From an uncultured Chitinophagales bacterium (GTDB lineage Bacteria > Bacteroidota > Ignavibacteria > UBA10030 > UBA6906), in contig CAZIKE010000005.1 in NCBI GenBank assembly GCA_964539775.1, forward strand, positions 1 through 63,255: a stretch of 63,255 nt of DNA. The letters are read 5' to 3'. Below the pieces are notes generated by a model that saw only the letters and a program-made list of their open reading frames with translations, was not told where the DNA came from and made no database searches. Made by a program: the position numbers and the translations under genes. Below are positions 9,632 to 17,897 of this stretch, one piece after another (the stretch's first letter is position 1; each line of letters starts with the position of its first letter).

Positions 9632-11533
9632 TCAGTGATTTGCCTTTGCTTCCTGCTTCCTGGCTTCCGCGCGTTTCTCCTGCACAGGCGTGGGAGCGGG
9701 TGCCGGAGAAGCAACCTGACGATCATCGAGCTTGATGATCTGGAAGGTTGACCCTGAGCCGACGGCGAGAAGGGTGTACATCTTCCCGTTCTCAAAGTTG
9801 AACGTCTGACTTGTCACTGCGTATTGACCTTTGGTCGAATCGATTTCAACCTGGCCGCGCACAGCACCGTTGGGGAACTGGCTGGTGGCAAAGTTGAAAT
9901 ACACATTACCTTCGTTCAACAGTCTCCCGGCACTATCAGGGGGAACGCCCGTTATGGCTGCTGTGTAGTCGTTAACCGTGAATTCGTCGGGCACAGCCTG
10001 ACCGCGGATCTCGCCTCCAGGGTTGGCCGCCGTGTGGAAATTGAAGTACATGCGGCTGAAGGCAAATTCGTCTTTGATGTTGGTGAACGCCGTGCCGGTG
10101 AAGCGTCCGCTAAAGGTATTCGTATGCGTCGCATTGGGAATAAGATCGGCACGAATAAGTCCAAGCGGCCTCCCGACACTGTGGAAGTTCACATAGATTC
10201 TTCCAAGGCGAATCGAGTCGACAAGAGCATCCGTGAGAGGCTGCGTGGCATCGGTACGCTTCCACGTACCCGCGAGCGTCCGTGCGGTGTCACTCCACGA
10301 CGTCGTCCGAATATCCTTTGCTATCAGGCCGGTCGCCGCAAAATGGAAATGAGCAGCCGTAAACGTCGTATCGAAGAGGTCACGGCGCACACGGATGGAA
10401 TACACCAGAGAGTCGCGGTACAAGGTAAAGTTGCATGTGGCATTTGCCGTCGTATTCTGTCCGGTTGCCGTTATCACCGGGAAGCTGATGATTTGCTTGG
10501 CAACGCTGATCGTGTGAATAACCGGTCCATTGGATCCGGCAGGAGCATTGTGAATGTGGGCGGCGGTAAAGAAGCCCATCGCGTTCGGCGTCACCGTCGT
10601 GATGGTATATGAGGCACCGGCGGTGGGAGTATCATCGTTGACAACCGACAACACCACCTTTCCTGTTGCACTGGTGGTTACCGGAGGAACTTCGTTGGCA
10701 CCGCTCAGGCGAATAGTATCAAAGGACATCGTCTGAGTCTTGACAGAGATGGGATAGAGAATGCTTCCGTTTGTCCCAGGTGCTCCTATCCGTAACGCAC
10801 CCTCGGTAAAGAATCCTTCAGAGTTCTTTGAGCGGATGGTCACACTCACAGCGACCCCTCCATCAACGGAAAGATCAACAGTTCCTAATCCCGTGGAGGC
10901 GGAGTTCGTTGGGGGAACAACATTGCCTCCGTTGATCCCATTTGCCGGTGTCTTGTACCCACCGCTGGAGATAGCAAAGACGGTCATCTGACCGGCAGGC
11001 TGCGACGTGTCATATGCAGCCGCAGACCCGTAGCCAGCAGTTTTCAAGTTGTTGGAAACCTGGGTGTTCAGTCGGACAGAATCCTTGCGAAACACCACCG
11101 AAGCAGCTCCCCCGGTTGCAACGTTGATGAATCGGATGTTGGGCTTGTTCCGGAAGGCGTTGTTCTTATTACTGTATCCCTCGTTGAGGTTCAAAAGCAG
11201 AGAGCCGTTCGGACCATAAATCACGAGAGTGCTTTGATGCTCGGAGGCAAACGTAATCGTTTGGGCAGAGTTGGACCCAAACGCCACCTGCCGGCTACCG
11301 GAAGCAACGTCCACGTAGGCGCTTGGTGTCCCAAACGATACATTGGCGACTGTTGCTCCATCAACTTTGACATCTCCTGCGGCCGCACCTGCAACGGCAT
11401 GCAGGAAGCGCACCAGAGAACGGAAGTTCAGCGTGACGTCCGTCCCCGGGCCGCTGGGAATGTCAACACAAGCTCCCCACACTCCCACGAGTAGCAAGAG
11501 GCCGAGCGCAAGGAAAAGCTTTCTCAAACTCAT
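9632..11533 (-). CDS. Lipoprotein with DUF4397-like domains and three CHRD domains
   Basis: Lipobox VWGA-C22. VRFLHAV and IRFINVA DUF4397-like strands. CHRD motifs LSGANEVPPV, AAHIH..GSNGPVI, YFNFHTAANPGGEIRGQ. Confidence 0.8.
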   Translation of the reverse strand: MSLRKLFLALGLLLLVGVWGACVDIPSGPGTDVTLNFRSLVRFLHAVAGAAAGDVKVDGATVANVSFGTPSAYVDVASGSRQVAFGSNSAQTITFASEHQSTLVIYGPNGSLLLNLNEGYSNKNNAFRNKPNIRFINVATGGAASVVFRKDSVRLNTQVSNNLKTAGYGSAAAYDTSQPAGQMTVFAISSGGYKTPANGINGGNVVPPTNSASTGLGTVDLSVDGGVAVSVTIRSKNSEGFFTEGALRIGAPGTNGSILYPISVKTQTMSFDTIRLSGANEVPPVTTSATGKVVLSVVNDDTPTAGASYTITTVTPNAMGFFTAAHIHNAPAGSNGPVIHTISVAKQIISFPVITATGQNTTANATCNFTLYRDSLVYSIRVRRDLFDTTFTAAHFHFAATGLIAKDIRTTSWSDTARTLAGTWKRTDATQPLTDALVDSIRLGRIYVNFHSVGRPLGLIRADLIPNATHTNTFSGRFTGTAFTNIKDEFAFSRMYFNFHTAANPGGEIRGQAVPDEFTVNDYTAAITGVPPDSAGRLLNEGNVYFNFATSQFPNGAVRGQVEIDSTKGQYAVTSQTFNFENGKMYTLLAVGSGSTFQIIKLDDRQVASPAPAPTPVQEKRAEARKQEAKANH

Positions 11534-11954
11534 TGCAGTGTTCTCCTATTTTATGGATGGATGAGTTACAAGAAACGATCGTTCCTGGTTTACGCCTCAC
11601 CAGAGAACGTAATTGTGTGAAACGACTTCAGCATTCTGCACGGACAGGCCTTCATGCACAACCGTTAGAATGTTTCTATGTACGTTGCAGATGGTAGAAC
11701 CCGAAACGACTACCGCCTCGGCTATGAAGCATCATCATCTCGGAAGATGAGCGCGATGGTGTGTGGTGTGCGCGCTTGAGAGTTCTCTGAGTGACATCCT
11801 CTCACGACCAGATGCGCGCAGCGCTCGTCACGTTTCCAGTACTATTGGTTTTTGTTTGGTAAGGGTTGTGGAAGTTGTAACAATCTGTTCGGTGGTGACC
11901 TCCTCTATTTGATGTTGGGGATTCGGACAGTCAGATAGGCAATTGTTACGCTCC

Positions 11955-11983
11955 AATATAAATACAGGGGGTATCTTTGTCAA
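11955..11983 (-). promoter_or_regulatory. Sigma70-type promoter for the CHRD-TBDR module
   Basis: Minus strand reads TTGACA (11983-11978), 17-nt spacer, TATATT (11960-11955). Confidence 0.75.
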
Positions 11984-12026
11984 GTACTCCGCAAAGTTTT
12001 TTCCGCCACTCCGAGACTTCAACCGA

Positions 12027-13607
12027 TCAATCCAACCGAGCCACGCGCAGATTTGAGATTCCTTCCTGACCGACCAGTTCCTCCCACGCCGCCGCGGGGA
12101 TATCGCTATCGATGTTCATGACGGTTAATGCGCTTTGACCGGCGGCTGTTCTGCTGAGCGAGACAGCAGCAATGTTCACGTCATACCGGGCTAAGATCGC
12201 GCCGACGCGTGCGAGCATTCCGGGTCTGTCGATATTGTTGTAAATGAGCAGAAAACCCTCGGGGTTTACCTCAAAACGAAAACCGTCGAGTTTCACAAGG
12301 CGGATTGCCGAAGGTTCGTACACCGTGCCCGCCAACTCATGCTCTCGGCCTTTGCTCCGATAGCGCAAACGCAGGAGATTGGTAAAATTGTCCGCAGCAG
12401 CATCGCGTTCCTCATTGACCACAAGACCCATCTCTGCTGCATGCAGCGGAGCGTTGACAAAGTTCACCGGTTCAGGGAGAACGTTGGACAGCAGTCCTTT
12501 CAACACGCCGGTCTTCACCAGGGCAAGAGCAGAAATGGCAAGCTCGCCGGCGGCGCACACCGTAAGCCCTTCCAGCTTATCCGTACTCAACTGCGCGGCA
12601 AGACTGCCGAGCTTCTCCGCAAGTGCAGCATACGGGCGAAACTCGTCATTCATTGCCAACTGCAGCGCTTCGCCGTTGACGAGACCGGTATAGCCACGAC
12701 CCTTCAACGCATCCGCAATCTGGTGCGCGATCTGGACGGCGACTTTCTCCTGTGCCTCTTCCGTTGAAGCGCCGAGATGTGGCGTCACGACTACGTGTGC
12801 ATGCTGCAGCAACGCTGTGTTCTTCGGCGGCTCTTCCTCGAATACATCCAGCGCTGCGCCACCCACCTGACCCGACTTCAGAGCGCGCAGCAGCGCGCCT
12901 TCATCAATGATGCCGCCACGAGCGCAGTTCACCACCCGAACCCCGCGCTTGCACCTCGCCAACGTCTCATCGTTCAGTAAACCCTTCGTCTCTTTCGTCA
13001 GCGGCGTGTGCAGCGTGATGAAATCCGAGCGACGGAACAACTCGTCGAGACTCACCATTTCAATGTTCAGCTTGGCAGCAACATCAACCGAAAGCACTGG
13101 ATCGTATCCGATGATGTGCATGCCGAACGCCTGACAGCGGCTCGCTACTTCACGGCCGATCTTCCCCAACCCCACAACGCCGAGCGTCTTCTCGAAGACC
13201 TCGACGCCGGTGTATTTCTTGCGCTCCCACTTTCCCTCCATAAGACTGGCATGGGCATGAGGAATATTGCGCGCAAGTGCAAGCAACATGGACACGGTGT
13301 GCTCGGCTGCCGAAATGGTGTTCCCACCCGGTGTATTCATGACCAACACGCCTTTGCGTGTCGCTGCCGGGACGTCGATGTTATCCACGCCGGTGCCGGC
13401 CCTTCCTACCACTTTGAGACGCGTCGCGCCGGCAAGAACATCGGCGGTCACCTTTGTGGCACTGCGAACCACCAGGGCATCGTATTCGCCGATGATGCGC
13501 TTCAACTCATCGGCGGCGATGCCGGGTTTGTTGTGCACCTCAAACCCCTCATGAACGAGGATATCAATGCAGCTCTGTTCGAGCTGGTCGCTGACCAGTA
13601 CTTTCAT
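12027..13607 (-). CDS. serA: D-3-phosphoglycerate dehydrogenase (type I, with ASB and ACT domains)
   Basis: Start trimmed to ATG at 13607 (MKVLVSD). VVGRAGTGVDNID, GVVGLGKIG, PHLGASTEEAQ and C-terminal ACT domain (NIDRPGMLARVG). Confidence 0.96.
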   Translation of the reverse strand: MKVLVSDQLEQSCIDILVHEGFEVHNKPGIAADELKRIIGEYDALVVRSATKVTADVLAGATRLKVVGRAGTGVDNIDVPAATRKGVLVMNTPGGNTISAAEHTVSMLLALARNIPHAHASLMEGKWERKKYTGVEVFEKTLGVVGLGKIGREVASRCQAFGMHIIGYDPVLSVDVAAKLNIEMVSLDELFRRSDFITLHTPLTKETKGLLNDETLARCKRGVRVVNCARGGIIDEGALLRALKSGQVGGAALDVFEEEPPKNTALLQHAHVVVTPHLGASTEEAQEKVAVQIAHQIADALKGRGYTGLVNGEALQLAMNDEFRPYAALAEKLGSLAAQLSTDKLEGLTVCAAGELAISALALVKTGVLKGLLSNVLPEPVNFVNAPLHAAEMGLVVNEERDAAADNFTNLLRLRYRSKGREHELAGTVYEPSAIRLVKLDGFRFEVNPEGFLLIYNNIDRPGMLARVGAILARYDVNIAAVSLSRTAAGQSALTVMNIDSDIPAAAWEELVGQEGISNLRVARLD

Positions 13608-13617
13608 CTTGTGTGAT

Positions 13618-13648
13618 AGAAAAAATGAGGGGGGGACATAGCCCCCGG
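13618..13648 (-). terminator. Intrinsic terminator-like hairpin between the aminotransferase and serA
   Basis: Minus strand GGGGG-CTATGT-CCCCCCC followed by TCATTTTTT. Confidence 0.5.
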
Positions 13649-13663
13649 AAAAGAAGGACGAAC

Positions 13664-14803
13664 TCAGTTCATTGTCAGAAACGCATTTTGTGTGGCAGCA
13701 AGGCCGGCCCCCACGCTGAACTTGTATCCTACAGCGGAGAGCGTTCGCTCCAGTGCACCGACGAACGCAATCATGTCCAGCTCGTCGTAGTACCCGAGGT
13801 GTGAGACGCGAAAGATCTTGTCCTTGTAGTCGTCCTGACCCCCGGCAATGGTGATGCCGATCTCTCCCTTGAGTATTTTGTTGAACGCTTTCCACGCAAC
13901 GCCCTCCGGCACCCACACCGGTGTCACGGCATACGACGGGGAATCGGAGAAGAGCTTGAGACCGAGAGCCTGGATGCCGGCACGCAGAGCCGTGGCCAAT
14001 CGTTCATGCCGCCGCCATACATTCTCGATTCCCTCTGCCTTGATCATCTGCAGTGCAAGATCGACGCCGATGATGAGTGACACTGCAGGCGTGAACGGAG
14101 TATCGTTGTCCGCATAGGATTTCAGCGCTTTGCGTAAGTCGAAGTAGAACTTGGGCATCTTGGAGGTCTCCATCATCGCAATGGCGCGTTGGCTGAGCGC
14201 GACAAATGCGAGTCCGGGTGGAATCATCAAGCCCTTTTGCGAGCCGGTCACGCACACATCGAGTCCCCATTCATCGAAGCGCAGTTCGTGCGCGCCCACC
14301 GCGGTGATGCCATCGACGCACACCAGCGCGTTGGAATTCTCGCGAATCAGTTTTGCCATCGCTTTGACATCTGTGGCGGTGCCGGTGGAGGTTTCGCTGT
14401 GAACAAGATACACGGCTTTTGCTGCGGGATGAGTTTTCAACGCGTTGAGAATCTGCTCAGGCGTCGGGGCCTTTCCCCATTCGGTTTTGATCTCGACCGC
14501 GTTCATCCCGAAAGCGCGCGGCATCTTGACCCAGCGCTCGCCGAACTTTCCGCCATTCACGGAAATGACCGTGTCGCCCGGCGAAAACAAACTGACGAAT
14601 GTCGATTCGACGCCGCCCGTGCCAGAGCAGGTGAGTGTCAGCACCGGCTGCTGCGTTTGGAACAGATACTTCAGGTTCGCATTCACCCGCGTCAACACTT
14701 CGTTGAACTCGGGATTGCGATGATGGATGATCGGCTCAGCCATTCTGAGCATGACATGTTCGGGTACCGGGGTCGGGCCCGGCGTGAAGAGTCGTTTTTT
14801 CAT
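13664..14803 (-). CDS. Class-V PLP-dependent aminotransferase (serine-pyruvate/alanine-glyoxylate family, likely acting as phosphoserine aminotransferase)
   Basis: LFTPGPT, VHSETSTG, VDGIT and TGSQKGL (PLP lysine) motifs; adjacent to serA. Confidence 0.92.
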   Translation of the reverse strand: MKKRLFTPGPTPVPEHVMLRMAEPIIHHRNPEFNEVLTRVNANLKYLFQTQQPVLTLTCSGTGGVESTFVSLFSPGDTVISVNGGKFGERWVKMPRAFGMNAVEIKTEWGKAPTPEQILNALKTHPAAKAVYLVHSETSTGTATDVKAMAKLIRENSNALVCVDGITAVGAHELRFDEWGLDVCVTGSQKGLMIPPGLAFVALSQRAIAMMETSKMPKFYFDLRKALKSYADNDTPFTPAVSLIIGVDLALQMIKAEGIENVWRRHERLATALRAGIQALGLKLFSDSPSYAVTPVWVPEGVAWKAFNKILKGEIGITIAGGQDDYKDKIFRVSHLGYYDELDMIAFVGALERTLSAVGYKFSVGAGLAATQNAFLTMN

Positions 14804-15026
14804 GATGATGCTCGCTTTCTCAAGGTGAAGGTACGTACGTGTTCAGTGAAGCGGAAGTCAACCGCAGGCAATGTAGCAAAAACAAATCTGAGAATCACGC
14901 GCCCGTAGAATAGAATAAGAATGCTCGGCAAGGACCCATCAACACTGGAGAGAACCTTCGAGGGGAAAGAAGCACGAGCGAAAAGAGGCAGGCAAGGTGC
15001 GCGCTGGAGTCCCTTACGGCGCTGTA

Positions 15027-15623
15027 TTAGTCGGGCGCAGTGAGATGTTCTGCAATAATACCGAGCAATTCCGGCTTACCTTCGCCCGTGACGGCGGAAA
15101 AGGGAATGACGCCGCGGCACAGGGAGAACTTTTGGAAAGCGATCTCCACGTTGCGGACGTACATCGGCATCTTGCTGCGAGGGAGTTTGTCGGCTTTGGT
15201 CATCACGACCACAAAGGGAATTTCGTAGTAGTCCAACCATCCCACCATCATCTGATCGAGCTCGCTGGGTTCGTGTCGCGAATCGATCAACTGGACAACG
15301 AGCGAGAGGCCTTTGCGTTCCTTGAGGTATTCTTCAATCATCTTTCCCCAGCTCGAGCGGATCTGCTCGGGCACCCTCGCATAGCCATAGCCCGGCAAAT
15401 CCACAAAATAATATTGCTTGTTGATAAAATAGTAGTTCAACTCGCGTGTCTTTCCCGGCGCGGAGCTGGACCGGGCAAGAGACTTGCGATTGACGAGTTT
15501 GTTGATAAGAGAAGATTTCCCGACGTTCGAGCGACCGAGGAAAGCAACTTCACGGTATTGATCTTTGGGAAGTTGTCCCAGTGATGTTGCGCTCAGGAGG
15601 AACTCTGCTGATGTGATTTTCAT
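15027..15623 (-). CDS. engB: Ribosome-biogenesis GTP-binding protein EngB/YihA/YsxC
   Basis: Start trimmed to ATG at 15623 (MKITSAEF). GRSNVGKSS, PGKT, DLPGYG and TKAD motifs. Confidence 0.96.
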   Translation of the reverse strand: MKITSAEFLLSATSLGQLPKDQYREVAFLGRSNVGKSSLINKLVNRKSLARSSSAPGKTRELNYYFINKQYYFVDLPGYGYARVPEQIRSSWGKMIEEYLKERKGLSLVVQLIDSRHEPSELDQMMVGWLDYYEIPFVVVMTKADKLPRSKMPMYVRNVEIAFQKFSLCRGVIPFSAVTGEGKPELLGIIAEHLTAPD

Positions 15624-15642
15624 ACAACGTATGGGTAACACA

Positions 15643-15661
15643 GGAGGCCGCGAGGGCCTCC
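15643..15661 (-). terminator. Hairpin after rplQ (possible end of the alpha operon transcript)
   Basis: GGAGGCC/GGCCTCC 7-bp stem followed by only a weak TGTGTT tract. Confidence 0.4.
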
Positions 15662-15678
15662 CTCAAGTCCACGTGTTG

Positions 15679-16197
15679 TTATGCACCTGCGGCTGCTTGT
15701 GCGGGCGCTTCTGCTGCCTTCTGTTCGGATGCTTGCTTGTCTGTTCCCTTCTTGGGGCGTGCAGCTTTCACTTTCTTTTCGGTTTGGAGTTTTCCCGAGA
15801 TCTCCTGACCCGTATTAAAATCGACCAACTCGAGGACGGCAAGCTCCGCGCCGTCCCCTTTGCGCTGGCCTAATTTCACGATACGCGTGTACCCTCCGGG
15901 TCGAGTAGCAACTTTCTCCGCGATCGTTGTGAAGAGTTCTTTCACCACCGCTCGGTCTTTGATCAAGCGTGCGACCTCGCGACGAGCATGCACTGCCACT
16001 GCAGGCGCATCGGCGCGCGCGGCGGCGTTCTTCGCCCGCGTAATGAGCTTCTCCACAACCGTACGCGTCTCTTTCGCTTTGGCCACCGTTGTGGTAATAC
16101 GCTTGTGGCGGAGAAGCTCCGTCGAAAGGGCCGCCAGCAGCGCTCGCCTGTGACTGGCCGTTCGTTTCAGTTTTCGTCCAGATTTCCGATGTCGCAT
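15679..16197 (-). CDS. rplQ: 50S ribosomal protein L17 with Lys/Ala-rich C-terminal extension
   Basis: MRHRKSGRKL...RPGGYTRIVKLGQRKGDGAE. Confidence 0.98.
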   Translation of the reverse strand: MRHRKSGRKLKRTASHRRALLAALSTELLRHKRITTTVAKAKETRTVVEKLITRAKNAAARADAPAVAVHARREVARLIKDRAVVKELFTTIAEKVATRPGGYTRIVKLGQRKGDGAELAVLELVDFNTGQEISGKLQTEKKVKAARPKKGTDKQASEQKAAEAPAQAAAGA

Positions 16198-16229
16198 GAT
16201 TCTCGTCCTAACGTAAGATGTCGTACACG

Positions 16230-17222
16230 CTAATTGCTCTGCACGTCGCCGATGTATTTGGTGACGTCCATGCCGAACCTGAGTTGCTCGCGCTCAACAA
16301 TTTCGGACAACTCGGCGAGCGACTTCCGGCCGAAGTTGCGGAACTTGAGCAACTCCGCCTCGTCCCGCCGCACAAGGTCGGCGATCGTCTTGATGTTTGC
16401 CGCGCGCAGGCAATTATGCGAGCGAACCGAAAGTTCCAGCTCATCCACCGGCGTCAACAGCACCTTGCGGATGCGCGCAAACTCGGGATCATGCTCGCTG
16501 TCCACGCGCTCCGATTCCGGCTCCACATCAAAGTTGATGAAGAGCTGGATATGATCGCGAAGGATCTTGCCCGCGTATGCCATCGCATCTTCCGGCGTGA
16601 TGGAGCCGTCCGTCTCCACTTCGATGGTGAGCTTCTCGTAATCTGTTTGCTGGCCCACGCGTGTCGGCTCGACAAAGTAGCGGACGTTTCTGATCGGCGA
16701 AAAGATCGAGTCGATGGGAATGACCCCCAGCGACTGGTCGGGCGTCTTATTTTCTTCCGCCACCACATAGCCGATGCCGCGGCCGATGCGCAGATCGATT
16801 TCAAAGCTCGCCTCGGCGTTCAACGTCGCTATGTGCAGGTCGGGGTTCAACACCTGAACGTCTGCCGACGCATCCTGGATGTCCTTGGCAACAAACTCCT
16901 TCGGCCCCTTCAATGCGAGGACGACCCGGTTGCTCTTCTTGTTGATGAGCTTCAGCCGGACTTGTTTGAGATTGAGAATAATGTCCGGCACATCCTCGAC
17001 AACGCCGGGGATGGTCGAGAACTCATGTTGGACTCCATCCACCTTGATCGCCGTGATGGCATAGCCGGGCAGCGACGAGAGGAGGACGCGTCGCATCGAA
17101 TTGCCAATGGTTGTACCAAACCCCCGCTCCAGGGGTTGGACAGTAAATCTTCCAAATGTCGCGCTTCGGGTCGTCTCATCGAGATGGACCCGCTCGGGCA
17201 TTTGAATAGTTCCTGCAGTCAT
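16230..17222 (-). CDS. rpoA: RNA polymerase subunit alpha
   Basis: PLERGFGTTIGNSMRRVLLSS and alpha-CTD LSVRSHNCL...NFGRKS. ATG at 17222 has an AGGTG SD. Confidence 0.98.
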   Translation of the reverse strand: MTAGTIQMPERVHLDETTRSATFGRFTVQPLERGFGTTIGNSMRRVLLSSLPGYAITAIKVDGVQHEFSTIPGVVEDVPDIILNLKQVRLKLINKKSNRVVLALKGPKEFVAKDIQDASADVQVLNPDLHIATLNAEASFEIDLRIGRGIGYVVAEENKTPDQSLGVIPIDSIFSPIRNVRYFVEPTRVGQQTDYEKLTIEVETDGSITPEDAMAYAGKILRDHIQLFINFDVEPESERVDSEHDPEFARIRKVLLTPVDELELSVRSHNCLRAANIKTIADLVRRDEAELLKFRNFGRKSLAELSEIVEREQLRFGMDVTKYIGDVQSN

Positions 17223-17243
17223 ATCACACACCTTTGTAAGTTA

Positions 17244-17873
17244 TTACTTCGAATACAACTCAACAATCAATTGTTCGTCAGCGTTCAGCGGAATGTCGGC
17301 GCGCTCGGGAATGTTCAGGAACGTACCGGACATGCTCGCCTTATCCAGACTTAGCCATGGCAACATGGCCGTGTCTTTCATGCGCTTCATTGATTGATGA
17401 AACACCTCTAATTTCTTGCTCTTCTCTCGCACCGCAATCGTGTCGCCTGCCTTCAAGAGGTACGACGGAATGTCAACCCGTTTGTTGTTCACCAGAATGT
17501 GGCCGTGGGCGATGAGCTGCCGCGCGGATTTGCGCGAGGGTGCCAGCCCCAACCTGTACAACGTGTTGTCCAGACGACGTTCCAACAGCTTCACCAGAAT
17601 TTCGCCTGTTCGGCCGGTTTGCTTCAACGCTTTAGCGAAGTAGTTGCGGAACTGCGTCTCCTGCAGCCCGTACATGCGCCGGATCTTCTGCTTCTCGCGC
17701 AGTTGCACGCCGTATTCCGACACTTTCGCGCGGCGGGATTGGCCATGCTGGCCCGGCGCATACCCGCGTCGTTCTACCGGACATTTTTCCGTGAAGCACT
17801 TCGTCCCTTTCAAGAACAGCTTTTGGCGCTCTCGCCGGCACAATCTGCAATTTGCATCGATATATCTTGCCAT
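17244..17873 (-). CDS. rpsD: 30S ribosomal protein S4
   Basis: MARYIDANCRLCRRE...LERRLDN; zinc-type Cys pattern. Confidence 0.98.
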   Translation of the reverse strand: MARYIDANCRLCRRERQKLFLKGTKCFTEKCPVERRGYAPGQHGQSRRAKVSEYGVQLREKQKIRRMYGLQETQFRNYFAKALKQTGRTGEILVKLLERRLDNTLYRLGLAPSRKSARQLIAHGHILVNNKRVDIPSYLLKAGDTIAVREKSKKLEVFHQSMKRMKDTAMLPWLSLDKASMSGTFLNIPERADIPLNADEQLIVELYSK

Positions 17874-17897
17874 GAATGCTTCCTGTCAATGAAATAC

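Noticed and set aside
11828-12022. 64-aa minus-strand ORF upstream of the CHRD gene
   Set aside because: It spans the predicted -35/-10 promoter, has no SD and shows no protein-like features.
13608-13916. 103-aa N-terminal extension of SerA in the ORF track
   Set aside because: It overlaps the aminotransferase gene and a terminator-like hairpin; homology starts at MKVLVSD. Similar over-long starts were trimmed for rplL, rplA, rplC, rplV, rpoC, the receiver, Smr and the DUF4249-like gene.
14804-15026. Possible promoter TTGACT for the aminotransferase-serA genes
   Set aside because: No convincing -10 element at 16-18 nt spacing, so it was not called.
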